NCBI GenBank assembly: GCA_019058445.1
Contig: JAHPZA010000010.1
Span: 636,035-700,034, forward strand
Reading direction: 5' to 3'
DNA: 64,000 bases
Source: Promethearchaeota archaeon
GTDB lineage: Archaea; Asgardarchaeota; Lokiarchaeia; Sigyniarchaeales; SOKP01
Shown: piece by piece, positions 10,836 to 22,256 of the stretch
Numbering within the stretch: position 1 is the stretch's first letter
Layout: each line of letters begins with the position of its first letter
Translations under genes and position numbers: made by a program
Notes under the pieces: model-generated
The model's database searches: none
What the model was told of the DNA's origin: nothing
What the model saw: only the letters and a program-made list of their open reading frames with translations

Positions 10836-12065
10836 TTATGAATTTAATAAGAGATGAATAAATTCTTCGCCATTTTGAATTAATCCATATTCACCTTCTT
10901 TTCCAGTCTGTTCAGAATATTTACGAGTTGCTTTTGCACTTGCCTCACTCTGCGGATTATAAATTGCAAATGGTACTGGATCGCTTGAGTGAGTACGAAT
11001 TTTACAGGGAGTAGGATGGTCTGGTAAAACGGCAATTACAAGTTCATTATTAAATTTTTTTTCTGCTTGAATAAATGATTTTACAATATATCGATCGAAA
11101 TCATTTAAAGCTGCCAATTTCTTATTGGGATCCCCAGTATGGCTCATTTCATCGACAGCTTCTATATGCAAATAAATAAAATCCTTGTTTTTTAAAGATT
11201 TTAACGCAGCTTTTACTTTACCCCGATAATTTGTATCAGGTAGACCTGTAGCACCTTTAACATGAATGGGTTCCAATCCAGCAGCAATACCAATTCCGAA
11301 TATTAAATCGACAGCAGAAATTACTGATCCATTTAAACCATATTTCTCATAAAATGGTACAATACTAGGTCTCTTACCACATCCCCATGGCCAAATGTGG
11401 GTAGCCATTCGTTTCCCAGCTTTAGCACGTTTTTTGTTTATGTTATGCTTAATTAATAATTTATGGCTTTTTTCAATAAGATCATTAATATAATCTGCTG
11501 TTATTTTAGCCTTTTCCTCACTTCGTTCCTTAGGTTTTGCTAGGAAATCTTTGTATGGTTTATCAAGTTGATCGTGTGGTGGAGTCAGATTAAGATTTTC
11601 TGAATATCTATTCCCATCAAGACGTAAAATATGCCGATATTGTACTCCTGGAAAAAAATCCACGCCATCATCTCTCAATTGGGATTGGAGATATAAAATT
11701 AAAGGTGTAGATTCTTTGGTGGTGATATGACCTGAGGAGTAATCTTTAATTAATCCCTCCTCAATATTAATTATATTACACCTAAATGCAATATCAGTTT
11801 TACTTAAGGGCACTCCAGCGCTCAATGCTTCCAAAGGACCACGCCCAGTTAGATCTTTTTCAGGTCGATATCCCATTACACTCATATTAGCAACTTCACT
11901 CCCCGGATGCATCCCCTCAGGAATAGTTTTTAGCATTCCCATCTGTCCATGACTGGCAATCCAATCCATGGCTGGAGTTTCAGCCAATTCGAAAATTGTT
12001 TTATTTCCTAAATGTTCAATTGGCCAATCTGCTGCTCCATCGCATATTAAAATGACATATTTCAT
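10836..12065 (-). CDS. apgM: cofactor-independent phosphoglycerate mutase, ApgM type
   Basis: DGAAD, PGSEVANMS, GRGPLEA, HIEAVDEMSH, PDHPTP, H. Confidence 0.9.
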   Translation of the reverse strand: MKYVILICDGAADWPIEHLGNKTIFELAETPAMDWIASHGQMGMLKTIPEGMHPGSEVANMSVMGYRPEKDLTGRGPLEALSAGVPLSKTDIAFRCNIINIEEGLIKDYSSGHITTKESTPLILYLQSQLRDDGVDFFPGVQYRHILRLDGNRYSENLNLTPPHDQLDKPYKDFLAKPKERSEEKAKITADYINDLIEKSHKLLIKHNINKKRAKAGKRMATHIWPWGCGKRPSIVPFYEKYGLNGSVISAVDLIFGIGIAAGLEPIHVKGATGLPDTNYRGKVKAALKSLKNKDFIYLHIEAVDEMSHTGDPNKKLAALNDFDRYIVKSFIQAEKKFNNELVIAVLPDHPTPCKIRTHSSDPVPFAIYNPQSEASAKATRKYSEQTGKEGEYGLIQNGEEFIHLLLNS

Positions 12066-12170
12066 TTGCTCAATATGTTGAAATTATAGTTCTTATTATA
12101 AACTATCTTTTTCTAACTTTTAAAATTTAAAATTATGTTGCAATTAAGAGGTCGATTCAAGTAATGAAAT

Positions 12171-12845
12171 TTAAATCAAACTAGCTGATATAATTTGCTT
12201 TAATTTTCCTAAATTCGTCTTTTTTAAAGCTGAAAACTCTAAATAAGGGACTTCAATTCCATAATCTTCCTGAAATTTTTCTATGTGAATCAAATTCAAA
12301 CCATATTCTCTTGCGCACTCTACAAACAGATTAACTATACGCTTTTTATCAAAATTTGAAACTTTATCGATTTTATTAATAATAACTAAAATTGGGATTT
12401 CAAACTCCTTTAAGAATTTGATTAATTCAAAACTTAATGGAATAGTTTCAGTATTCTGAATGAAATATTTACTAATTTCATCTTCTATTCTTAAAATGTT
12501 AATAATTACTAGGCCAAAGAAATATTGTGTATAGTTTTTCTCGATATGGATCACTATCTGTTTCTTAATATGTTCTTCCCTTCTACGACTCGAATGACGC
12601 ATATAACCGAATCCTGGGAGATCTACAATCTTATATGGCAATCCTTTTTGTATAATTGGATTAATTAGTAAAGTACTCCCTGGGGTTTTTCCCGTTTTAC
12701 CTTTAAATTGTTTAGTACTAGGTAATAATAATCTTGTAATAGAGCTTTTACCTACATTTGAATTTCCAATAATTAAAAGGGAAGGTTTTTCTGTCATTTT
12801 ATTTAAAGTGTATTTTTTAATATAAAGAGGGGTGGAACAGAACAA
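12171..12845 (-). CDS. engB: EngB/YihA-family GTPase (likely start at MTEKP)
   Basis: GNSNVGKSS, PGST, DLPGFGYM, NKID, SAL. Confidence 0.8.
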   Translation of the reverse strand: MFCSTPLYIKKYTLNKMTEKPSLLIIGNSNVGKSSITRLLLPSTKQFKGKTGKTPGSTLLINPIIQKGLPYKIVDLPGFGYMRHSSRRREEHIKKQIVIHIEKNYTQYFFGLVIINILRIEDEISKYFIQNTETIPLSFELIKFLKEFEIPILVIINKIDKVSNFDKKRIVNLFVECAREYGLNLIHIEKFQEDYGIEVPYLEFSALKKTNLGKLKQIISASLI

Positions 12846-12855
12846 TCAAACAATA

Positions 12856-13767
12856 TTAGATATCCGAAAAATCATCTTTCAGAAAATCAGAAAACATTTT
12901 CTTCTTTTCTTCTTCTTTGATTATTGGTCTGGTACTTATAGGTTCTCCCGTTTGTTCTAAAAGTTCTCTTAGTGTTTCGACATTTATGTTTATTTTAAAT
13001 TTACCTCCACTCATATAGCGGATAATTTTTTTATCATTTAGAGTTAATCGAAGTATATATCCTAAACCAAAGTAAAATTGATGTTCTGGAATTGGATCGA
13101 TGGGACTCTTACTAGTGACTTCTTTTAACACATCATATAATAATGCTTTAGTAGCAATGTGATCTTCTACATTAAACACTAAATAATATAGAGCATGATA
13201 CCATATCTTATCCCGTTTAGATTTTACATATTCTAAGAATTTCTCAGGAGTAATAATTTCTTTTTCTTCTTTCTCCTTTTTTTTTAGTAATTCTTGTTTA
13301 ATTCTTTCCTCTAATTCATGGGAAATACCAGGGGTTTTAATAGTCTTATCAGATATATCAGATGTGTCGGAAGGTGTTAATATTTCTTCTTGTTTTACCG
13401 TCTCAATCGCATCTTTCATATCTTTTAATTCATCAAAATCAATTTGTTCTATATCTGAAAAATCAGTAATCATTGCTTCTTTCTGTTCGATATATTCCGT
13501 TTCTTCTGAATGTTTGGTTTCAATTTCAATACTTTCAAGGTCGGTTGTAGGAATTTCTTCGATACGCTCTTTTTCTGGGGTTATGGATTCCTGTTCTCTA
13601 ACTTGCGCGATAGCTTCTTGCATGTCTTTAAGTTCTTCCATATCTAAATCATCCAAGTCTGAAAAGTCTGATTCCAAATATTCCATATCTTTCAAATATT
13701 CTTGTAAATCGTCTCCAAATTCCTCTTCTTTTTCTTCTTCTTTTTCCTCATCTTGATTTTGATTCAT
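12856..13767 (-). CDS. acidic hypothetical protein with internal repeat
   Basis: Two DFSDxxxxDxxELKDMxxAIxxVxxxE repeats; globular C-terminal domain. Confidence 0.65.
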   Translation of the reverse strand: MNQNQDEEKEEEKEEEFGDDLQEYLKDMEYLESDFSDLDDLDMEELKDMQEAIAQVREQESITPEKERIEEIPTTDLESIEIETKHSEETEYIEQKEAMITDFSDIEQIDFDELKDMKDAIETVKQEEILTPSDTSDISDKTIKTPGISHELEERIKQELLKKKEKEEKEIITPEKFLEYVKSKRDKIWYHALYYLVFNVEDHIATKALLYDVLKEVTSKSPIDPIPEHQFYFGLGYILRLTLNDKKIIRYMSGGKFKININVETLRELLEQTGEPISTRPIIKEEEKKKMFSDFLKDDFSDI

Positions 13768-13940
13768 CTACTCTTCTCAAAAATAAATCTTTGTAAGTTT
13801 TTTTAATTCTATTAATAATAATAAAGTTATTTTAGTTCTATAAATATTAAGATTCAAACTAATAAAATTAATTTGGGTATAAATCCATTTTAGTATGGAG
13901 AAAAATGATATATAATTGCAATAAGAAATGAAACAAAAAA

Positions 13941-14465
13941 ATGAGTATTTTTAAGCTAAAAATTGTCGTTCTGGGTATGGTTGGAGTAGGTAAAACAGAT
14001 ATAATTCGAAGATTTCTTAGACAAGACCTTATAACAGATTATAAATTAACAGTTGGAATTGATATTTTTACTAAATATCTCGCATATGAGGAAGGAAAAA
14101 TTGCGTTAATTTCTATTTGGGATATCGCGGGCCAATCACGATTTGAGGATATCCGAAAGACTTTTTATAACAACGCAGATGGTGCAATGATCATTTTTAA
14201 TCTTTATAATATGCCTAGTTTTGCCAAGGCTAAACAGTTAGTTGATGAAATTAGAGATTTTATTTGAGATGAAATTCTTTTTGTTCTAATGGGTAATAGG
14301 ATTCATTCAGTTAATCAAAATGCTGATATAATTGATAGATCTACAATCCTTGATTTTACTTACAATGAAGATGGTTTGTATATAGAAGTATCTCCAAATT
14401 CAGATAATAATATAGACTTAGCATTTAAAGAATTAACTAGAAAAATTATAAATTCTTCAAGATAA
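13941..14465 (+). pseudogene. Rab-like GTPase interrupted by in-frame TGA (14265-14267)
   Basis: GMVGVGKT, TVGIDI, WDIAGQSRF; the frame continues after TGA as DEILFVLMGNRI...YIEVSPNSDNNIDLAFKELTRKI to TAA at 14463-14465. Confidence 0.75.
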
Positions 14466-14638
14466 TAACTTGGCAAGGTTTTTTGATTTATAAAATAAAT
14501 TTCTGAATGAAGTTTTAAAATCTCAAACTATAAATCCTAAATGAATAGTAGGGACATAAGATTTTTAGATAAAAGAGATTATTTACATCTGTTTTAAAAT
14601 AGATATTTAACTAATATTTTTAATATACATACGATTAT

Positions 14639-15703
14639 TCAGATATATTTTTTTAAAACTTCGATTACAACTTTCATAGGAGTTATATTTTCAGATTCCA
14701 TTCTTCTTAACGCTTCTTCTTTTGTTATCATCTTCTCTCTTATCATATTACTTAATATTTCATCTTTTTCCGTAAATCCAATACTTTTCTTATAGAGATA
14801 ATTTTTTAATACGCTTATAAGACAATCAAAACGCCAAGGAGATGTGCTGAAATCTGAAACTTTCCAATTTAATTTTTTTTTTATTGTAGATAATACTTTT
14901 TGTTCATTCCATTCAATATAACGATAAAGTCTCAAAGTTATTTGATTGGGATAAAAGAAATCTCGAATTTTGTTGGAATGAAAACAATAGAAGTATTCTT
15001 TCAAATATATTAAAGAAATGGTTGCATTTAAGAAGTAAAGAGGATTTTTTAAAAGCTCGTACACATAACCAAATAGGAATGAAAATATCTTACTCTTTCT
15101 AATGATTTTTATACTACCAAAGGGATTACTAAAAAATAATTTTTTTTTGAAGCGGGAGGATTCTACTGGATTTCCAGCACCTATCACAATGAGTGGAATC
15201 TTCTCTTTTTTTGCTAATTTTAGTAACCCTCGAAAAATGCCAAGTCTACATCCACAGCATATCATAGGAATCATTGCAGCTGAGGGGTTACGCATCCACG
15301 ATTTAATATTATGCCTAATACAATTCCTCAAAAAATTATGCTTTTCAATAATCAATTTAACATTTAAAATATCAGTCATTTTCTTCATATTGCTTTTTGC
15401 TTCTTTAGGAATAAAGCCATTATCAGCAGAATATGCAAGTATTTTCATATTAAACTTTTTTACAAGATAATATAACGCATATGAACTGTCTCTCCCTCCA
15501 CTTATCCCAACTAAACAATCATATTTATTATTTTCATTTCGAATAGAATCAAATATTTTCTCCAATTTTTTTTTTCCCTTATATTTTGCCTTCCTATAAC
15601 TTAAGCAGTAATTGCAAACTCCATCTTGATCATACTCTATTCCAGGATAATTTGCTGGTAATAGACATTTAGTACATTTTTTTAAGGATATCTGGTTTAT
15701 CAT
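14639..15703 (-). CDS. N-acetyl sugar amidotransferase-like PP-loop ATPase
   Basis: CTKCLLP...GVCNYC, YDCLVGISGGRDSS, W..DC, IREKMITKEEAL. Confidence 0.8.
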   Translation of the reverse strand: MINQISLKKCTKCLLPANYPGIEYDQDGVCNYCLSYRKAKYKGKKKLEKIFDSIRNENNKYDCLVGISGGRDSSYALYYLVKKFNMKILAYSADNGFIPKEAKSNMKKMTDILNVKLIIEKHNFLRNCIRHNIKSWMRNPSAAMIPMICCGCRLGIFRGLLKLAKKEKIPLIVIGAGNPVESSRFKKKLFFSNPFGSIKIIRKSKIFSFLFGYVYELLKNPLYFLNATISLIYLKEYFYCFHSNKIRDFFYPNQITLRLYRYIEWNEQKVLSTIKKKLNWKVSDFSTSPWRFDCLISVLKNYLYKKSIGFTEKDEILSNMIREKMITKEEALRRMESENITPMKVVIEVLKKYI

Positions 15704-16069
15704 TTTTTTAAAAATTTTAATTGTTGGGAATTATAATATAATGCTACTATATTAAAACAGAAATAACTAATAAAGAAGATTATTATTACCATACTTTAAA
15801 GAAAGCTAATTATAGTTAATTATAATGAATATATATATTAAAATTCAACAATTAGATTATGTTTGCCAATTTTATGATATTTTATTAATTTCATAAATAT
15901 TCTTTTACTAAGCCTGATGAATAATTAGAGATGCATTATGCTATATGCACCAACTAAAACACAATTATTTAAAGGAAAAGAGAAATAAAAAATGATATAG
16001 AATTATCGATATATCCTTAAAATCAAAATAAGAATTTAGATATACTAATATATAATAAAAAAATAAGAA

Positions 16070-16740
16070 CTATGTTCTTTTATAGATAAATCGCTCCCAT
16101 GATTTGGTTGAGGCCATTTCTTCGGGCATTCCTTTGCGTTTTCTTATATCTAAAATTACTTTTTCTTCTAATGAGGGAGGCACTTTCTCAAAACCTTTAA
16201 ATTCATATCCGAAAAAGGCTCTTCCCTGTGTAGAACTTCGAATTTCATCGGCAATTCCAATTATTTCAGCAGCGGGAATCTGACCTTGAACTCTCACGTA
16301 CTCTCCTTCGGGTATAACGTTATTAATTCGTCCACGATGTTTATTAATTATTGCATTCACCCCTCCTTCTGTTCCCTCAGGTGTTTTCACATCTATTTTT
16401 TGAATTGGCTCAAATATATGAGGCTCAGCATTAAGCATCGCTAAGGAGAGCGCTGAATAACTCATGGATGCTGTCTGAGCGAATTGGGTATGGCGAGGGT
16501 CTTCGTGAATTACGAGATCTGTGAAAACTGCCTTAATTCCAAGCGCGGGCTCTTTAGCTAATATACATTCTTCAATCCAATTCCTAAATGAACTGATAAG
16601 GTCATTTCTTATTCTATCAAAGCGCTGTAGTCCTGAGGCTCCATTAACTAAAAGATTTCCTTTATATACGTCTACAATTCGTCTTGCCTCCTTAGTTTCC
16701 CATCCAGCTTCTTCTCTTAGAATTTGTGCTCGCTCTTTTT
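16070..16740 (-). pseudogene. duplicated 3' fragment (~670 bp) of the EF-2 gene
   Basis: Direct repeat of 46012-46682 (offset 29942); about 18 substitutions, none in 16182-16575; 5' part of the gene is missing. Confidence 0.9.
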
Positions 16741-17320
16741 TTCTTGGTCGGCTAAAGTTCTAAGAGTATATTCAAATATTGATTATATAATTTATACAGA
16801 TATAATTGACCCGAATACTCCAATCTCTTGGATATTATTAAGGATATCCTATTATAGAATCACTTACACATTTATTACTGCTGCTATATTTTTGTCTTAT
16901 CTACTTAAAGCAGAAATCTTTGAAAATAAAAATAGTAAAGTCAATCTATTTATAATTTTGGGATTTACAATATTTAATTTGATTTTTTCTATTCTTGTTT
17001 TTAAGAAAGGAAATATGTTATTTGATGTATTAATTTTCTTATTTGTATTCATTTTTATGAACATTGTTTATATCCCTTTTCTAAAAAACGCATTAAAAGC
17101 TTATAAAGCTACATATCATCCCGGTTTTAGAAAATCTTTTTTATTTTTGTCACTAATGTCCGTTTCTTATATTTTGGTATTACTTTGCTTGTTATTAGAT
17201 CGTATTTATATTTTTTTTAGACACTACGGATTTACTATTTTTTATTTTTTTACATGGATATTTGTAATAATAGGCATCTTTAGTACATATTTTGGCTATC
17301 TCAAATTAGATACAAAATAG
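16741..17320 (+). pseudogene. 5'-truncated paralog of the membrane protein at 19657-20400
   Basis: FSW.AK...IDY...TPISWILLRISYYRITY aligns with 19657 from about residue 55; the N-terminus is replaced by the EF-2 fragment. Confidence 0.75.
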
Positions 17321-17472
17321 AAATGAATTTTTCCATGAAAAAATAAGAATTATGGTAATCCTTCCAGATTTGTATAATTTCAAGAAGAAATACTTAATGA
17401 ATTTTTGGAGTGTAAACTATAGGATTTAATAATTTGGATATTATTTAAGGATTACATTTATTCTCCAAATTA

Positions 17473-18558
17473 TTACCTTCTAATTGCAAGTTCCTCAAAA
17501 GAAGGCAAGGCACCTACTAATGATCCACCAACCCAAGTAATTATCTTTCTCTTTTTAGGAGCAATCACTCTTATATTAGTTGTGTCTGGTACTAGCTTTT
17601 TAAGGTCTCTCGATAATCTTTCTTTTAATCCTTGAAAGAGTGTATTCCCTCCAGATAAAACAATATTATTGAAAAGTTCCTTACGATAATGAATATCACT
17701 CTGATATATTGCTTCATATAATGCTTCATGTAAAGGGGGCAATTCCTTTCCCATTATAGAAGGATTGAATAAACATTCAGGGGCAGTAAATCTTTCAGTG
17801 CCAATAATTATTTTATTACCATCCGGTGTAATATGTTCTTTTTGAATTTTTAAAATGTCTTCAGTAAGTTTCATTTCCTCTTCAAAATCTTGCGAGATAT
17901 AACAATACCCTTCTTTTATTTCGATTAATATCTTTCTCTCCTTTGGTGTTATAAGTGGATATCCTGCTTGTCGCATAAGTTTTTGTAAAAATTTCGTTAT
18001 ATCCTGACCAGCAAGCTCAAGTGTTTGAATCGCTTGATTATTAACATAGTTCTCAGAAATAGGTACAATATTAGTAATACCTTCTCCGCTATTTATGACA
18101 CATCCCGTGGTTCTCCCTGTAGCATATAATGATAATACAGCTTGGGTTGCGATATAGACTGATGGTACGTTGAATTTTTCAAACATTATCTCCATCATTT
18201 TATTCTTATTTTCTTTAGTGTTTAGTGCTGTATTAGTTAGGATCACGGAGTATTTTGAAGGATTAATTTTAAGTACTTTGTAAAAGCAATATTCCCAAAA
18301 CCTTTCTATTGCATCCCAATCTTTAATAATGCCTCTTTCTATTGGTGAAATTCCTTCTAAAAGTCCTTTTTCATATATGGGTTTTGAGGGAGATTTACTC
18401 TTTATCAAAGTTTCCTGTGAGTGACTTGGCTTAATTTTAATTGGACTGCGTGGTAATGTTTGAATTATCGCACGTGGTTGATCTTCTCCTGCAAATCCAA
18501 TTTTAGAAAAAAGCGTTCCATTATCTATTACGATTGTAGTTTTTGGATTTGAACTCAA
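17473..18558 (-). CDS. actin-family protein (divergent Asgard actin/ARP-like)
   Basis: IVIDNGT..SKIGFAGEDQPR, PIERGII.DWD, MFEKFNVP, QAVLSLYATGRTTG, IGTERF.APE.LF.P, NIVLSGGNT. Confidence 0.93.
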   Translation of the reverse strand: MSSNPKTTIVIDNGTLFSKIGFAGEDQPRAIIQTLPRSPIKIKPSHSQETLIKSKSPSKPIYEKGLLEGISPIERGIIKDWDAIERFWEYCFYKVLKINPSKYSVILTNTALNTKENKNKMMEIMFEKFNVPSVYIATQAVLSLYATGRTTGCVINSGEGITNIVPISENYVNNQAIQTLELAGQDITKFLQKLMRQAGYPLITPKERKILIEIKEGYCYISQDFEEEMKLTEDILKIQKEHITPDGNKIIIGTERFTAPECLFNPSIMGKELPPLHEALYEAIYQSDIHYRKELFNNIVLSGGNTLFQGLKERLSRDLKKLVPDTTNIRVIAPKKRKIITWVGGSLVGALPSFEELAIRR

Positions 18559-18685
18559 TTTTATTGCCTCTTTTTCAAATAATAAAAGTACTGATAATTT
18601 AGTAAAATAATTTATATATAAAGATAATTGTAAAAACCTTATTTAACTAAAATGTTTAGAAATAATAGCTATAATTAATTATCTC

Positions 18686-19554
18686 TTATTGTTGGTTTAA
18701 ATTAGAAAATAGGTAAAGAGATTCAAGGAATTTATTAATTTTACTCTCTCTATCATCGATTTCTTTATTTAAACATGACTTTAAAAAAGGAGGAACATTT
18801 AGTCAATTGAAAAACTTGAGAATTTTCTGGATATTCGATAACTCCTAATTGTTCTAATCTTTTAAGATATAAATCAGCATCATTTATAGATAAATTAAAA
18901 TCATGAAATAAATCGATTTTTCTAAATTTTCTTGAATCATTGTATCGTAGAAGTATATCTAAATCATTTCTGAAATTCTGAAAATTAGATTTATCAATAA
19001 CAAAAATACTTTGCCTTAATAACTTTAGAAATGTCTCGACAAAAATGTCGTAGGTTTTTAAAAAAAATCTGTGGTAATTGATGTAGTATAAATCATTGAA
19101 TTGAATTTAGTTAGATACTAACTCTCTAAGAATTCCTTAATTGCCCCTAACTTATGTTGTAAATATTAGGAATCAATTAAATCAATTTTATGAAGGAAAG
19201 TTGCCACACAACAATCACTCAAATTTAAAGTATTTAAGATCTTTATGAAATCTTCGAAAAACATGAATATATCCTTCAAATAACTATTAAAATCCACGAC
19301 AGAGATAATCAATTAAGCATCACTGAAGATTTCTTTATCTTTATTGAACCAATCTTGGTTTTCATGTCCCGCTAAATCAAAAACACCAAATTTTAAATCA
19401 ATTAGGGAATACAATCTCGAATTTATACCTCTTGTAGGTTTGGGGGAGTTTCTAATAACTGTAAAGAATTTGCTATATCAAAAAACACATTTTTCAGTAT
19501 AGTTTTCTCTGAATCAGATGGCCCTGCAAAAATTAATTTATTACCCACACCCAT
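18686..19554 (-). pseudogene. decayed Rag-like GTPase-wHTH gene, paralog of 39992-40888
   Basis: KLIFAGPSDSEKT, PTRG, FDLAGHENQDWF, LHKIDL, YLKRLEQLG, YLFSNLN across several stops and frameshifts. Confidence 0.8.
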
Positions 19555-19656
19555 TATTTCTCTTTTTCTCCTATTTCTTTTCAATAATTTATGAAATTTA
19601 TTATTCAAAAGTGTTTTGACATAATAATAAATATAAAAACTTTTTCTTATTAATAG

Positions 19657-20400
19657 ATGGATTATTCATTATACTATGTTGGGATAATCTATGAAGGGAT
19701 TATTATTATTATCGCCTTTCCGATTCTTATAAAAAGTCTAATTAACTATATAAAATTTCGTAATAAACTCTCATTATTGTTATTTTTAATCCTCTTAAAT
19801 TTTGGTATATCAATAATTTTTTCCTGGCTTTCTAAAATAATTAGTTTTTATTGGAGGATTGATTATATTGAACAAGCAAATACACCAGCTCCTAAAACAC
19901 CAATATCTTGGATACTGTTACGAATAGCTTATTTTAGATTTACTTATATTTTTATCACAATTGCCATATATTTATCTTATATTTTTAGAATCAAATTCTT
20001 TGATATTGAATATAAACAAATTCAAAAAGTTGCACTTACAATATTTGCATTATTTAATATTCTCTTTTCCCTATTTTTTTTTGACAAGACAAATAAAATC
20101 TTAGATGTATTATTATTTCTATTTGTGTTTGTCTTAATGAGTATAGTGTTTGTACCCTTCATGAGACAATCCATAAGAGCTTATAAATCCACAAAAATTT
20201 ATCAATTTAGAAAATCGTTCCTATCTTTAACAATAATGTCTATATCTTACATTTTTGTTCTATTATGTTTATTAATAGATCGGATTTATATTTTTTTAGG
20301 GTATCAAGGATTCACAGTTTTTTATTTTATGAGTTGGATATTCGTTCTAATTGGAATTTTCGGTAATTACTTCGGTTATTTAACATTTAAGAATGAATAA
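19657..20400 (+). CDS. multi-pass (about 7 TM) membrane protein
   Basis: Seven hydrophobic segments; lies upstream of a PAS kinase. Confidence 0.7.
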   Translation: MDYSLYYVGIIYEGIIIIIAFPILIKSLINYIKFRNKLSLLLFLILLNFGISIIFSWLSKIISFYWRIDYIEQANTPAPKTPISWILLRIAYFRFTYIFITIAIYLSYIFRIKFFDIEYKQIQKVALTIFALFNILFSLFFFDKTNKILDVLLFLFVFVLMSIVFVPFMRQSIRAYKSTKIYQFRKSFLSLTIMSISYIFVLLCLLIDRIYIFLGYQGFTVFYFMSWIFVLIGIFGNYFGYLTFKNE

Positions 20401-20600
20401 TCAGAAGTATTTAAACATAAAGATTAAAAGTTTTAAAAAACCAAAAGTAAATTTAAATATAAGTTCTTTAATTAATGGTATAAAAGAATTTTAATTAGCA
20501 GTTAGCTGCTCATTTCATTTTGTAATAAATTTTTGGACAAAAATAAGAGATTTTCACTCTAACTATTCTTTAAATGAAATAAGTAGGCATAGAATCGCAG

Positions 20601-22256
20601 ATGAGTATTGATGAAGATTTAAGGATATTTTTTGATAATGCAATTGATTATATTATAATATACGATTTAAATGGTAATATAGTAGATATTAATAAATCCT
20701 TGTTGAAAGCTTTAGGATATAAAAATAAAGAAAAGTTTACTAAGCGAAACATAAATCAAATTATATCACTCCCTCCTTACTATCAAAACAATCACAATTC
20801 TTCTGATTTTCTAAAATCTTTAAATAACTCTTCGGAAAGGAGAGAATATTACTTAAATGGAAAAAAAAATAGAAAAATTCCGGTTAGGGGATACAATATT
20901 TATTTCAGTAATAAAAATTTAGAAATCTTTCTGAATGTTTCTAATGATATCACTGAAATAAAAAATCTTCATGATGAATTAAAAGAATCCAAGCAAAAAA
21001 TCGAAATATTATCAAGCAAGGTTCCAGAAATACACCTTTGGTCATTATCTCAAAAGAAAAATCATTTAGAAATGATTCAAAAGAGTGGAAAAATATTAAG
21101 AGATACAGAAAAAAAGTATATAGAGATTTTGGAAAATATTAAAGAAGGGTATTTCGAATTAGATCATGAGGGTAAATTAATTTTTTTTAATAATTCTTTA
21201 TCTGATATCTTAGGTTTCCCATCTGAAGAATTATTAGGAAGTAATGTAAAAAATTTACTTAATACACCTAATTTAGAATCTTTTAAATCATTAGTCCAGG
21301 ATAATGTTGATAAGGAATTAATCGAATTTCAATTTCAAAAAAAAAATGGTCAGAACATTTATATCGAAACGTCTCTTTCTTCCAAACTTAACTCTAAGGG
21401 TGAAACTATAGGATATTTTGGAATTCTTCGAGAAGTAACAGAGAGAAAGTTTGCAGAACTCCTTAAAGAAAAGTTTAGAGAACAACTAGAGAGAGAAGTA
21501 GAGCTGAGGACTCAAGACTTAAAAGAATCTTTAGACCAACAAAAATTATATATGAATGAAATTTTAAAAGCCTCACAATTTAAATCAGAATTTATGTCAA
21601 CAATGTCTCATGAATTAAGAACTCCATTGAATTCTATAATAGGATTTATAGATTTACTTTTAGAAGAAAATTATGGTAAAATTAATAATGATCAGCTCAC
21701 TTTTCTAACAGATATAAAAGCATCTTCAATACATCTATTAGAGTTGATCAATCATTTATTAGATATTTCAAAGATAGAAGCAGGTGAAATTAAACTTAAT
21801 TTGAAGAAAGTACCATTAAAGTTATTGTTAGATCAATTAAACTCGATAATAAAACCATTAATTGCTGAAAAAAAGTTATATTTTAAAATGAACGATTTTA
21901 ATTCTAATTTAGAGATCAATGTAGATCCGTTAAGATTTAAAGAAATTCTGTATAACTTGATTAGCAATGCTATTAAATTCACTAAAAAAGGGGGTATTAG
22001 ATTAAACATCATGGAAACTGAGGATAATTACAGATTTGAAATAATGGACACAGGTATTGGGATAGCTAGGAAAGATTTTGATTTAGTGTTTAAAGAATTT
22101 AAAAGAATTGATGATCCTTATGTAAAAATAATACCAGGAACAGGTTTAGGTTTGCCACTTACAAAAAAATTAGTAAATCTTCATGGGGGAAATTTAAAAT
22201 TCACAAGTAAGTATGGAAAAGGATCAAATTTCATAGTGACACTCCCTAAAATATGA
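20601..22256 (+). CDS. PAS domain sensor histidine kinase
   Basis: 2 PAS domains; MSHELRTPLN; N, G1, F, G2 boxes (NLISNAIKF, DTGIG, GTGLGL). Confidence 0.95.
   Translation: MSIDEDLRIFFDNAIDYIIIYDLNGNIVDINKSLLKALGYKNKEKFTKRNINQIISLPPYYQNNHNSSDFLKSLNNSSERREYYLNGKKNRKIPVRGYNIYFSNKNLEIFLNVSNDITEIKNLHDELKESKQKIEILSSKVPEIHLWSLSQKKNHLEMIQKSGKILRDTEKKYIEILENIKEGYFELDHEGKLIFFNNSLSDILGFPSEELLGSNVKNLLNTPNLESFKSLVQDNVDKELIEFQFQKKNGQNIYIETSLSSKLNSKGETIGYFGILREVTERKFAELLKEKFREQLEREVELRTQDLKESLDQQKLYMNEILKASQFKSEFMSTMSHELRTPLNSIIGFIDLLLEENYGKINNDQLTFLTDIKASSIHLLELINHLLDISKIEAGEIKLNLKKVPLKLLLDQLNSIIKPLIAEKKLYFKMNDFNSNLEINVDPLRFKEILYNLISNAIKFTKKGGIRLNIMETEDNYRFEIMDTGIGIARKDFDLVFKEFKRIDDPYVKIIPGTGLGLPLTKKLVNLHGGNLKFTSKYGKGSNFIVTLPKI

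Noticed and set aside
16070-16465. 131-aa ORF as an independent EF-2 C-terminal protein
   Set aside because: It starts at an internal Met of a duplicated fragment whose homology continues upstream to 16740.
16724-16740. Predicted start of the 198-aa membrane ORF
   Set aside because: The start codon lies inside the antisense EF-2 repeat; the real N-terminus is missing.
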